A stretch of DNA of 64,000 nt from an uncultured Gammaproteobacteria bacterium (GCA_964431235.1 CAYSJA010000030.1:1774-65773); one strand, 5' to 3'. Shown: positions 29,063 through 38,619, numbered from the stretch's first letter. Notes: generated by a model from the letters alone, not told the origin. Numbers and translations are program-made.

Positions 29063-29659
29063 TTATTTTACTAATTCAATTGAATTAATAACTACCGGCT
29101 CTAAAGGAATATCCCTAACTCCTGTTTCAATGCTCTCTATCTGTCTAACAATTTCCATACCTTTTACTACCTGACCAAAATTAGTATGAAGACCATCTAA
29201 CCAGGGAGTTTCTGACTTAGTGACAATAAAAAATTGTGAACCATTAGTGTTAGGGCCGGAGTTAGCCATTGCCAAACTTCCGGCTACTAATTTATGGTTA
29301 TTTATCTCGTCGGCGAATTTATAACCTGGATCGCCAATACCATAACTGTTTATATTATCACCTTTACTATTAGGATCACCGCCTTGAATCATAAAATCAT
29401 CTATAACCCGATGAAATTTAGTTCCATCATAAAACCCTTCTTGAGCCAAATTTAAAAAATTATTAACGGTAATAGGTGAATCTTCACTATAAAATTCAAC
29501 CGTAATAGCTCCTAAACTAGTATTTATAATAGCTTTAGAGTACTGTTTTGCTAAATCTTTTTGACCGTCTAAAATTCTCATATTATTTACATTAGAACAA
29601 GCGCTAATTATTAAAATAAAAATAAAAAAGAAAAGAAATAAAAATATTTTTTTTAGCAT
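29063..29659 (-). CDS. Cyclophilin-type peptidyl-prolyl isomerase, probable lipoprotein
   Basis: FHRVI..FMIQGGDP, AMANSGPNTNGSQFFI; ISAC lipobox-like signal. Confidence 0.93.
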   Translation of the reverse strand: MLKKIFLFLFFFIFILIISACSNVNNMRILDGQKDLAKQYSKAIINTSLGAITVEFYSEDSPITVNNFLNLAQEGFYDGTKFHRVIDDFMIQGGDPNSKGDNINSYGIGDPGYKFADEINNHKLVAGSLAMANSGPNTNGSQFFIVTKSETPWLDGLHTNFGQVVKGMEIVRQIESIETGVRDIPLEPVVINSIELVK

Positions 29660-29717
29660 AGTTTTAATTTACTTTATTCTAATTTATTATTAAATATTTA
29701 ACAAGTTTAGATTTAAT

Positions 29718-31172
29718 TTAAACTCTAAATTGCTTTTTTATATTCTTATCCTCTTCCTGCCTCTTTTCCTCTATTACTTCCTTGGCTTTTTTACGCAACG
29801 TCTTTAAATTAAGATTATTAAGATTTTCTGCTCTTGCCAATAAAATTTTTCTATCGTTTTTTTTGGGTTCCTCTATTACCTCGCTAAGTAAAACATCCAA
29901 AATAGCGCCGATTTTAGGACCAGGTTTTATTTCGAGCTTTGACATTAAATCATCTCCGTTTACCTTCAACATTTTAACCGACACCGGATCATGTTGAACT
30001 TTCTCCATCATATATTGTAGATGCCTTAATTTATAAGGCATAGCCTTAGTAATACCCGAACCTAAACGGTCTGCTACCCTTAAATCAATCAAATCAGATA
30101 AATTCTCCCGTCCAACTTTAGCGATTAAGCGCCTAACCGAGGCAGCGGTAACTTCTCCGACATTATAATAAAACATATGATTTTTTACCAAATTAACCAC
30201 CTTCTCTCTATCTTCATTGGTAAATTTTAATCTCAACATTATTCTGTCAACCATTTTAGCTCCTAAATACTCATGATTATAAAAAGTTGAAATATTATTG
30301 ATTATCTTTTTGGTTTTAGGCTTGGCAACATCATGAAGAAGAGCGGCTAGGCGCACCTGCCAATCAGAATTAGGACAATATTTCAAAGCTAGAACATTAT
30401 GTTTAAAAACTGGATAAATATGATGCCTATCTTGCTTAACTGCAACTCCTTGTTCTAACTCAGGAATAATATATTGTAATAGTTTGTTATTATGAAGTAA
30501 CAAAATCCCGGCTGCCGGGTGCTTTGAAGCTAATATTTTAATCAGTTCGTCTCGTATCCTTTCTTTGGAAATAAATTTAATGCTGCCGGCTAATCTTACA
30601 ATAGCGCGCTGGGTTTTTGGTTCTAAAGAAAAATTTAATTGAGAACTGAAGCGAATCGCTCTTAACATACGCAGAGCATCTTCTTTAAATCTGTCTGCCG
30701 GTTCACCAATAGCTCTAATAATTTTTCTCTTTATATCTTTCTTACCGCCATAAATATCAATTATTTCTTGGGGTTTATCCGGATCAATTGCTAAAGAATT
30801 AACTGTAAAATCACGACGAGATAAATCTTTTTCCAAAGAATCTTCAAAATTAATTTTATCAGGATGGCGGCGATCAGAATAATTACTTTCGCTGCGATAA
30901 GTAGTTATTTCCAAAACTGCCCTTACTTTTCCCTTCTTTTCTATGCCTATTTCTTTTCTAATCGGCAAAATTACAGTTCCAAAAGAGTTATTATATTTAG
31001 CATTAGGAAAAATTTTAATTAGTTCATCAGGTTTGGCATTGGTAGTTATATCCCAATCTTGGGGATCTTTTTCCATTAAAAAATCACGTACGCAACCACC
31101 TACGATATAGGTTTCAAATCCCTGTTTTTTAATAGCCTTGGTTGTATTAAGGACAAATTTTGGTATTTTCAT
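29718..31172 (-). CDS. cca: CCA tRNA nucleotidyltransferase with HD-type domain
   Basis: VGGCVRD, DWDITT, RRDFTVN, EDALRMLRAIRF, LLHDVAK. Confidence 0.9.
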   Translation of the reverse strand: MKIPKFVLNTTKAIKKQGFETYIVGGCVRDFLMEKDPQDWDITTNAKPDELIKIFPNAKYNNSFGTVILPIRKEIGIEKKGKVRAVLEITTYRSESNYSDRRHPDKINFEDSLEKDLSRRDFTVNSLAIDPDKPQEIIDIYGGKKDIKRKIIRAIGEPADRFKEDALRMLRAIRFSSQLNFSLEPKTQRAIVRLAGSIKFISKERIRDELIKILASKHPAAGILLLHNNKLLQYIIPELEQGVAVKQDRHHIYPVFKHNVLALKYCPNSDWQVRLAALLHDVAKPKTKKIINNISTFYNHEYLGAKMVDRIMLRLKFTNEDREKVVNLVKNHMFYYNVGEVTAASVRRLIAKVGRENLSDLIDLRVADRLGSGITKAMPYKLRHLQYMMEKVQHDPVSVKMLKVNGDDLMSKLEIKPGPKIGAILDVLLSEVIEEPKKNDRKILLARAENLNNLNLKTLRKKAKEVIEEKRQEEDKNIKKQFRV

Positions 31173-31187
31173 GAAATAATTATAATC

Positions 31188-32891
31188 TTATTTTTTTCTT
31201 TTAGCAAAAAATTTAGTATGAATAAGCTTAGTTGTCATTTTTTTGTCTTTTACCCATTTATAGTAATTTAACATTACCTGATTTTCATGGGCTCGACGCA
31301 TCTTCTTATCAAGATCTATCTTATACAAACCTTGGCTACGTCTCTTCTTAATCTCAAAAGTAGTAGGAAAAGGTTGTCCACCACCGCCTAGGCAACCGCC
31401 AGGACAAGCCATAACTTCAATATAATGATAATTTTTTAATTTAGTAATAATCTTGGGAAAATTACCAATACCGCTTACAACTGCTACTTTTAGTTTTTTT
31501 CTACCTAAATTAACTGTTGCCTCTTTTATTCCTTTTAACCCTCTTACTTCTTTAAATTCTAATTTAGGCAAAATAGTTCTCTCTTTTTTATTTTTATTAT
31601 ATAAAACAACTGCTGAGCGTAGAGCTGATTCCATTACTCCGCCGGAAGTGCCATAAATGGCAGCCGCCCCAGAACCATCGTTAAATAAAGAATTTGTTTC
31701 GCTATCTTTAAGTGTCGCTAGATCAATCCCCTGCTTTTTCAGCATAAAAGCAAATTCTCTTACCGTCAAGACATAATCTACTAAGCGCCTATTTTTATAA
31801 AATAGTTCTTTTCGTCCAGCCTCGTGTTTTTTGGCAGTACAAGGAACAATTGAAAGTATTTTTATCTTTTTGTCGCTTAATTTATTTTTCTTAGCAAAAT
31901 AGCTTTTTATAGCTCCGGCACTATGAATATGAGGTGAACGAGAGGTAGTAAGACAAGGAATGAGTTCAGGGTGATAAAATTCAACATAAGCAACCCAAGA
32001 TGGACAACAAGAAGTCATCATTGGTAAAATCGCTTTCTTGCTATCCAACCTTTCTAAAAGTTCTTCAGCCTCTACCATAGTGGTAATGTCAGCACCAAAA
32101 TTTATATCAAAAACATAAGAAAAACCGATTTTTTTTAAAGCTGTGTTTATTTTTTTAGCACAGTTTGTGCCATAGGGTAAACCAAATTCTTCGCCTAAAG
32201 AAACTCTAACAGCCGGTGCAAACTGAGCTACCATAATATTATCCTTATTTTCAAGGGCTTTTTCTACTTCTAGCCATTGAGTTTGCTCTTGAGCAGCTGC
32301 TACCGGACAAACATTAGTACATTGGCCACAATAAATACAAGCTTTATTCTTATCAGCTACTGGTTTAACCTCCTGTTTGTAGCCATTACCGTCAAAATGC
32401 AAAAATTCAATTCCTTGCAAAGCACAAGCTTCTATGCAATTACCACAATCAATACATTGGCTACCATCTATTTCTACGGCATTGGAAAATTTATAAGTTT
32501 TACGATTATATTTTCTATCAGTAAATTCAGTTATTTTAATATTATAATCACGCGCCAAGTTCAATAAACCACAATTAAAACGCAAAGTGCAATCTGCACA
32601 TTTTTCAATATGAGAAGCAAATAGGAGCTCAATATTCAAACGCCTCATTTTTCTAACTTTCTCTGATTCTGTTAATATTTCCATCCCCTCCCTTACTAAT
32701 GTAGAATCAGCCGCTTGCAATTTCCTTTCCCCTTTTATTTCTATTAAAGATATTCTATCTCCGCCTTTATTTTTTAAATCCGGATGGTAGGAAAGAAAAG
32801 GAATTTTGATATTATTTTTAAGCGCTACTTCTAATATAGTTTCACCTGGCTTAACTATTAATTTATTATTATTAATTTTAATGTGAATCAT
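31188..32891 (-). CDS. hydA: [FeFe]-hydrogenase catalytic subunit (group A)
   Basis: H-cluster motifs TSCCPSW, PCTAKKHE, EVMACPGGCLGGGGQP; His/Cys3 cluster motif and two CxxCxxCxxxC motifs. Confidence 0.93.
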   Translation of the reverse strand: MIHIKINNNKLIVKPGETILEVALKNNIKIPFLSYHPDLKNKGGDRISLIEIKGERKLQAADSTLVREGMEILTESEKVRKMRRLNIELLFASHIEKCADCTLRFNCGLLNLARDYNIKITEFTDRKYNRKTYKFSNAVEIDGSQCIDCGNCIEACALQGIEFLHFDGNGYKQEVKPVADKNKACIYCGQCTNVCPVAAAQEQTQWLEVEKALENKDNIMVAQFAPAVRVSLGEEFGLPYGTNCAKKINTALKKIGFSYVFDINFGADITTMVEAEELLERLDSKKAILPMMTSCCPSWVAYVEFYHPELIPCLTTSRSPHIHSAGAIKSYFAKKNKLSDKKIKILSIVPCTAKKHEAGRKELFYKNRRLVDYVLTVREFAFMLKKQGIDLATLKDSETNSLFNDGSGAAAIYGTSGGVMESALRSAVVLYNKNKKERTILPKLEFKEVRGLKGIKEATVNLGRKKLKVAVVSGIGNFPKIITKLKNYHYIEVMACPGGCLGGGGQPFPTTFEIKKRRSQGLYKIDLDKKMRRAHENQVMLNYYKWVKDKKMTTKLIHTKFFAKRKK

Positions 32892-32910
32892 TAAATATAA
32901 TTTCTATTTT

Positions 32911-33942
32911 TTATTTTTGTTTATAAATATTTTCTAAATAACTTTTTACAGTCTGGGACAGAGATGATCCTAAAGAACAAAAACTAGCCTGCTCTAAATT
33001 ATCAAGTAAATCAATGAATTTTTTCTTATTAATTTCTCCCTTTTTCAGCATCTCCCTAAGACGATAGCTTCCTTCCCGACAAGGTGTACATAAACCACAG
33101 CTTTCTGTTTCATAATATTTAAGCCAATAATTAAGCAACTTATCCTTATCAGTCTTCTCTTTATTAAAAACCATAATAAAACCAGAGCCTTCAATTGGCG
33201 CTAAAAGCTGATTTTTGTCCAATACTTCGCCGCAAACCTCTCCGCCAAGTATAGCAAAAAAATCAAAATCGGGATAATTATCAGTCGCTCGTAAAATATC
33301 TTCAGCACTAGCATCAGCTGGTAAAGAATAGACGCCCTTATATTTAACCGCGCCCGAAATTGTATATAAACGCTTGCCTTGATATTTATTCTTTGAAATC
33401 AGGCTAACACTATACAAAGTTTCTACATTATTAACTAAAGTTGGTAAATTATTAATTCCCTTTTCGGCCGGAAAAGGCGGTCTTTTTTTAGGCTCCGCCC
33501 TATTTCCTTCTATTATATTCAAAACCGCGCTCTCTTCGCCACCAATATAGCTTGGACTTAACGGTTTGATAAAAAATTTAATTTTTTTAGCTAAAAATAA
33601 ATATTTTTTTTCTGATTTTAAAACGGCAAACAGAGATTTACTGTATAAATTATAGTATTTTCTATTGATATAAAAATAAACTGTCTTTATTTTATTCTTC
33701 CCCAAAAAATTATAAGCCAAATTTATACCATCTATCACTGTTGGTGCTTCATTTTTAAGCAAAAAAGCGTCCTTCTTTACCCCGGGCTCTCCTTCGGCAG
33801 CATTAACCACTATATAACCTCCGGAAACCCTTCTTAAAGCACTTTTAACTATTAGCCATTTTTTAGCAGTTGGAAAATTAGCTCCACCTCGCCCGACTAA
33901 ACCAGCATTTTCAATCTTTTCAATTATACTTTGACTTTTCAT
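32911..33942 (-). CDS. Compact NuoF/HydB-like FMN/NADH-binding subunit
   Basis: GLVGRGGANFPT, NAAEGEPG, YIGGEES, NNVETL, ESCGLCTPCREG...SFCSLG [4Fe-4S] motif; start at MKSQS. Confidence 0.88.
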   Translation of the reverse strand: MKSQSIIEKIENAGLVGRGGANFPTAKKWLIVKSALRRVSGGYIVVNAAEGEPGVKKDAFLLKNEAPTVIDGINLAYNFLGKNKIKTVYFYINRKYYNLYSKSLFAVLKSEKKYLFLAKKIKFFIKPLSPSYIGGEESAVLNIIEGNRAEPKKRPPFPAEKGINNLPTLVNNVETLYSVSLISKNKYQGKRLYTISGAVKYKGVYSLPADASAEDILRATDNYPDFDFFAILGGEVCGEVLDKNQLLAPIEGSGFIMVFNKEKTDKDKLLNYWLKYYETESCGLCTPCREGSYRLREMLKKGEINKKKFIDLLDNLEQASFCSLGSSLSQTVKSYLENIYKQK

Positions 33943-33946
33943 GCCT

Positions 33947-34684
33947 TTAACGCGCCGTCCAGCCGCCATCAACATGCAAAACAGTGCCGGTTATATATTT
34001 AGACTCATCGCTAGCTAAATAAAGAACAGCCTGAGCAATATCATTAGGTTCGCCAATGTGACCTAAAGGAGTATTATTTGTCACCATCTCGTTAAACTTA
34101 TCATCGCTAAGAACACCTTCAGTCATCTTAGTTTTAATGAAACCTGGAGCAACCGCATTTATTCTAATGTTATAAGGGGCTAAATCTAAAGCAGCGGCAT
34201 GAGTAAGTTGAACAACTCCACCCTTGGAAGAAGAATAAGCAATTGTTTGCGCCATGCCCACAGTCCCTAAAATAGAGCTAATATTAATAATTGAACCTTC
34301 TATGCCTTTTTCCTTCATTGATTTAGCTGCTAGCTGACTACCATAGAAAACACCATAAAGATTTATCTTTATTGTCTTATCCCAATCTTCATGAGTTGCT
34401 TCCAAAATTCCACCTAAACCGCCAATACCGGCATTATTTACCATTACATCCAAACGACCAAATTTATCCAAAGTTTTTTTTATTAAAGCTTCTATATTTT
34501 CTTTCTTGGAAACATCGCAACGAAAATAAAAAGCTGAGCCTTCTTTTAATTCTAACCCTTCAGAGCTTTCATAAATATCAGAATAAACAACTTTAGCTCC
34601 TTGAGAAACAAACAAATTGGCTGTAGCTTTGCCAATACCAGAAGCGGCTCCGGTTACTATTGCTACTTTATCTTTTAATCTCAT
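33947..34684 (-). CDS. Classical SDR-family NAD(P)-dependent oxidoreductase
   Basis: TGAASGIG, NNAG, YSSSK, APGFIKT, VDGG; Asp at the end of beta2 suggests NAD preference. Confidence 0.93.
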   Translation of the reverse strand: MRLKDKVAIVTGAASGIGKATANLFVSQGAKVVYSDIYESSEGLELKEGSAFYFRCDVSKKENIEALIKKTLDKFGRLDVMVNNAGIGGLGGILEATHEDWDKTIKINLYGVFYGSQLAAKSMKEKGIEGSIINISSILGTVGMAQTIAYSSSKGGVVQLTHAAALDLAPYNIRINAVAPGFIKTKMTEGVLSDDKFNEMVTNNTPLGHIGEPNDIAQAVLYLASDESKYITGTVLHVDGGWTAR

Positions 34685-34733
34685 ATGTTTTATTGTTTAA
34701 TTATTAATTATATTATTGAATTTATAAATTTGA

Positions 34734-35747
34734 TTATTTTATAAATTTAGATATATAAACAGCCAGCTCAACTAAACGATTGGAATATCCCCATTCATTA
34801 TCGTACCAGGATACTACTTTTAATAAATCGCCACCTATAAGTTTGGTGGAAGGTAAATCAATAATGGTACTATGAGAATTACCAACTATATCAGAAGAAA
34901 CTATCTCTTCATTACAGGCCTCTAAAATTCCTTTTAATTTTCCGCTAGCCGCTTGAGAAAAAACTTTATTAACTGCTTCCTTAGTGGTTTTTTTCTTAAG
35001 CAGATAAACAGCATCGCATAAAGAACCAACCAGGGTAGGAACGCGCATCGCTAAACCGTCAAAGTTATTTTTTAAACTAGGAATAACTTCTGAGGTGGCT
35101 ATAGCCGCACCGGTAGTGGTAGGTACGATATTCAAAGCCGCTGCCCGACCACGACGCTTATCTTTATTAGGACCATCAACTAAATTCTGGCCAGCGGTAT
35201 AAGAATGAATAGTGGTCATTAATGCTTTTTTAATACCAAAACGCTTTTTAATAAGTTCTGTTGCTGGCGCCAAACAATTAGTAGTACAAGAAGCGCAAGA
35301 AACTAAATGATCTGATTTTCTAATCTTTTTTTCGTTAACTCCTAAAACTATTGTTTTTATTTCTTTCCCTTTAGCCGGTGCTGATAGCACCACTTTTTTA
35401 GCCCCGGCTAATAAATGGGCACTAAGAGCTTCTTTATCACGAAATATACCAGTACACTCTAGAACTAAATCAACCTTTAATTTTTTCCAGGGTAAATCTT
35501 TTGGATTTTTATTAGAAAATACCGGGATTCTCTTCTTACCCACAATAATAGAATTTTTGGTGTGGCTTACTTTTTTATCATAAATACCATAGGCGGAATC
35601 AAATTTTAAGAGATGTGCTAAAATTTCAGTATCAGCCAAATCATTAATCGCTACTATGTTGATATTAAAAAAACTATCGTTTATGATTTTAAAAGCGCTT
35701 CGGCCAATGCGGCCAAAACCATTGATAGCTAAATTTATTTTTTTCAT
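34734..35747 (-). CDS. gap: Type I glyceraldehyde-3-phosphate dehydrogenase
   Basis: INGFGRIGR, ASCTTNCLAP, WYDNEWGYS. Confidence 0.97.
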   Translation of the reverse strand: MKKINLAINGFGRIGRSAFKIINDSFFNINIVAINDLADTEILAHLLKFDSAYGIYDKKVSHTKNSIIVGKKRIPVFSNKNPKDLPWKKLKVDLVLECTGIFRDKEALSAHLLAGAKKVVLSAPAKGKEIKTIVLGVNEKKIRKSDHLVSCASCTTNCLAPATELIKKRFGIKKALMTTIHSYTAGQNLVDGPNKDKRRGRAAALNIVPTTTGAAIATSEVIPSLKNNFDGLAMRVPTLVGSLCDAVYLLKKKTTKEAVNKVFSQAASGKLKGILEACNEEIVSSDIVGNSHSTIIDLPSTKLIGGDLLKVVSWYDNEWGYSNRLVELAVYISKFIK

Positions 35748-35838
35748 AAATTGAAATTTTTAAACTATTAAAAATAATTAATCTATAAATTAATTTATAT
35801 TAATATTATAACATAATTTAAGTTATGTGAGAAAATTT

Positions 35839-35872
35839 AAAAAATCACCCTTGATTATTGGATGATTTTTTA
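35839..35872 (-). terminator. Possible terminator after the PSP1/RicT gene
   Basis: AAAAAATCA...TGATTTTTT imperfect inverted repeat. Confidence 0.45.
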
Positions 35873-35890
35873 TATCCTTATCTATATTCT

Positions 35891-36697
35891 TTATTTTTCA
35901 TATTTTCGGCGAAAAGGATCGACTTCAATAATAGTTTCCTTATCATCCGAGCTATTAGGCGGTATTTTGACATTGATAGTTTGCTTTAAAATATTATGAC
36001 TACAAACGATTCCTTTCTCTCCATTTATTTTCACTTTTGTGCCTATTGGCGGTAATTTATCAAGAAGTTCTTTATAACCGTCGTATTCAAAAGACAAGCA
36101 ACACTTTAAGCGTCCGCACATGCCAGAAATTCTTTCTGAACCGCGATGGACTACCTGTTGAATTTCTGCCATTTCCGAAGTAATGGAAGAAAACTCGCTT
36201 AAAAACTTTCGGCAACAAAGAGGCCGACCGCAAGGACCATAATCACCCATTACTTTAGCTTCGTCCCTGGTTCCTATTTGAGTTAATCTAATATTAGCTC
36301 CTAAGTAAGCGGATAATTCTTTTACCAAATCCCGGAAATCAACGCGACCGTCGGCAATAAAGGCAAAATTTATTTTATTTTTTTCCCAGGAAAAATAAAC
36401 ATCTACTAACTTCATAGGCAAATTAAGTCTATCTATTGCTTGCTTACAGAAAATCATCGCTTCTTCTTTTCTTTTTGGATCAACCGAACGGTTGATATCT
36501 TCAAAATTAGCCTTTCTGACAACTGGTTTTAATTCTTGGTTATCTTTTTCATTTTCTCCGCAAACTATTACCTTTCCCAATTCTTGCCCCATTTCTGTTT
36601 TTACTATTACGTAATCACCGCACTTTAAATCTATTCCCGGATTAAAAAAAGTATAAATTTTATCCCAAGGAGCAAACTGTACTTGGATAATACTCAT
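35891..36697 (-). CDS. ricT: PSP1/RicT (YaaT)-family Fe-S protein
   Basis: RVDFRDLVK, GPCGRPLCC, SGMCGRLKCCL.FE. Confidence 0.88.
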   Translation of the reverse strand: MSIIQVQFAPWDKIYTFFNPGIDLKCGDYVIVKTEMGQELGKVIVCGENEKDNQELKPVVRKANFEDINRSVDPKRKEEAMIFCKQAIDRLNLPMKLVDVYFSWEKNKINFAFIADGRVDFRDLVKELSAYLGANIRLTQIGTRDEAKVMGDYGPCGRPLCCRKFLSEFSSITSEMAEIQQVVHRGSERISGMCGRLKCCLSFEYDGYKELLDKLPPIGTKVKINGEKGIVCSHNILKQTINVKIPPNSSDDKETIIEVDPFRRKYEK

Positions 36698-36717
36698 AAA
36701 AAATTATTATTCTATAA

Positions 36718-37512
36718 TTATAAAGAATAACGAACAAATCCTAAAATATTAATTCCATCTAAGATATCTTTAACTTTCTTTTTGTCTTCTTTAATGTATT
36801 CCTGTTCCAATAAACAAATCTCGGAATAATATTTTTCCATTTTACCTTTAATAATTTTATCCAGTATAATTTCCGGTTTACCTTCTTTTATAAGTTGCTC
36901 TTTATAAATAGATCTTTCTTTTTCTGCCTCTTCAAAGGGGATTTCTTCCGGCCTAAGATATTTAGGGTTAGCGGCTGCCACTTGCATTGCTATTTCAGTA
37001 GCTAAATCAGCTTTGTTTGGCTTGTCAAGAGCCACTAAAACTCCAATTTTACCGCCTGAATGGGAATAAGCGGCTACAGTACTGCCAGTTAAAGCGGCAA
37101 AACGATTTATCTCCATTTTTTCACCAATGGTACCGCTAAGATTTTTCAAAACATCTAAAATAGACGACTCGGCGAATGGCAAAGATAAAAGCTCTTCTAA
37201 ATTTACCGGCTTTTTATCTCTTACAAGCTCTAAAACTTCATCAGCAAATTTTTGAAATTTTTCATTACGAGCAACAAAATCTGTTTCACTGTTAAGCTCT
37301 ATGATATAACCTTCATTACCGGCTTTATTAACAACAACTTTAATCACACCTTCATTTGTTTCACGATCAGTCCTTTTAGTAGCTTTAGCAATACCATTTT
37401 TACGTAATATTTCTATTGCCTTATCTAAATCATTATTAGCTTCTTTTAAAGCTTTCTGGCAATCAACCATACCGGCACCGGTCAAAGATCTGATTTTTTT
37501 AATAAGTTCCAT
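36718..37512 (-). CDS. tsf: Elongation factor Ts
   Basis: TGAGMVDCQKAL, ELNSETDFVARN; follows rpsB. Confidence 0.97.
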   Translation of the reverse strand: MELIKKIRSLTGAGMVDCQKALKEANNDLDKAIEILRKNGIAKATKRTDRETNEGVIKVVVNKAGNEGYIIELNSETDFVARNEKFQKFADEVLELVRDKKPVNLEELLSLPFAESSILDVLKNLSGTIGEKMEINRFAALTGSTVAAYSHSGGKIGVLVALDKPNKADLATEIAMQVAAANPKYLRPEEIPFEEAEKERSIYKEQLIKEGKPEIILDKIIKGKMEKYYSEICLLEQEYIKEDKKKVKDILDGINILGFVRYSL

Positions 37513-37563
37513 ATATTTTTACAGATTTAAAAAACGGGTTTTACATTTTTAGAAACCTGCTAA

Positions 37564-38259
37564 TTATTTATTTAAATTTTCTTTGGCTTCAAATAATTTT
37601 TCTTTAATTAGCCCTAAAATCAAAGCAATAGTTTTAGTGGAGTCATCATTAGCCGGAATTGGATAATTGACCAACTCCGGATTAACATTGGTATCACAAA
37701 TAGCCACAATCGGAATATTTTTCTGTTTAGCTTCTCTAACAGCAGTTTCTTCTTTTTTTATATCCCAAATAAATAGAGCGTCCGGTAATTTATTAAGGCT
37801 GGTTAGACCACCGACTCTTTCCTTTAATTTAGCAATTTCTCGATCAAATTCTAATCTTTCCTTCTTGGTATATTTTTCTAAACGACCAGAATCTTTCTTC
37901 TCCACCAAATCAAGGAATTTCTTTACCGACTTCTTCACCACTGAAAAATTAGTTAAATATCCGCCTAGCCATTTACCGACTATATAAGGTTGATTAATTT
38001 CTTCTGCCATTTTTTTTAAAGGAGAGGATACTTGATTCTTAGTGCCAACAAACAGGATATTTTTATTCTCGGACACTAGTTTGATCATAAATTCCAAAGC
38101 TTCCTCTAATTTCTTTTGGCTTTTTTCCAAATCAATAATATAGATGCCATTTTTAACAGTAAAAATGAATTCTTTCATTTTTGGATGCCAACGGTTGGTC
38201 CGATGGCCAAAGTGCATGCCAGCTTTCAGCATGTCTTCAAGAGTAGGAATGTTCTCCAT
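37564..38259 (-). CDS. rpsB: 30S ribosomal protein S2
   Basis: AGMHFGH, FVGTK, WLGGYLTNF, DTN, PANDD. Confidence 0.98.
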   Translation of the reverse strand: MENIPTLEDMLKAGMHFGHRTNRWHPKMKEFIFTVKNGIYIIDLEKSQKKLEEALEFMIKLVSENKNILFVGTKNQVSSPLKKMAEEINQPYIVGKWLGGYLTNFSVVKKSVKKFLDLVEKKDSGRLEKYTKKERLEFDREIAKLKERVGGLTSLNKLPDALFIWDIKKEETAVREAKQKNIPIVAICDTNVNPELVNYPIPANDDSTKTIALILGLIKEKLFEAKENLNK

Positions 38260-38395
38260 AATTTTTCTTTTTTACGTCTGCTCCTCTACCTTGAGTTAAG
38301 GAAGAAAATAAAGGCCAACGCCCTAGAAGCATGATGTTTAATTAAAAATATCTGCTAACAGCAGAATTTACTTATATTATTTCTATCTTTAGAAT

Positions 38396-38423
38396 ATTAT
38401 ACATTATTGTTAATTTTTGTCAA
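38396..38423 (-). promoter_or_regulatory. Sigma70-type promoter of rpsB-tsf
   Basis: TTGACA-16 bp-TATAAT on the minus strand. Confidence 0.75.
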
Positions 38424-38619
38424 TTTAAAAAATATTATTGTTTTTTCCTTTTTAGATAAACTATTGTACTTTTTAGCGATTTGCCTTTGTTCTGGAATCG
38501 TTATTCCCTAAAAAATACCTCTTTGTCCATATTGGTCAGCTTTTGTCTTAAAAAAACGGTTTGAAATTTTTGCTCTTTCTTTATTTTTTAATCTACAAAC
38601 TAAAATTATGTTAAATATT

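Noticed and set aside
32911-33942. NuoF as part of respiratory complex I
   Set aside because: No other nuo genes are present; it is adjacent to hydA and better explained as the hydrogenase diaphorase subunit.
38430-38619. Small gene or ncRNA between the rpsB promoter and the upstream gene
   Set aside because: No convincing ORF or stable structure found by eye.
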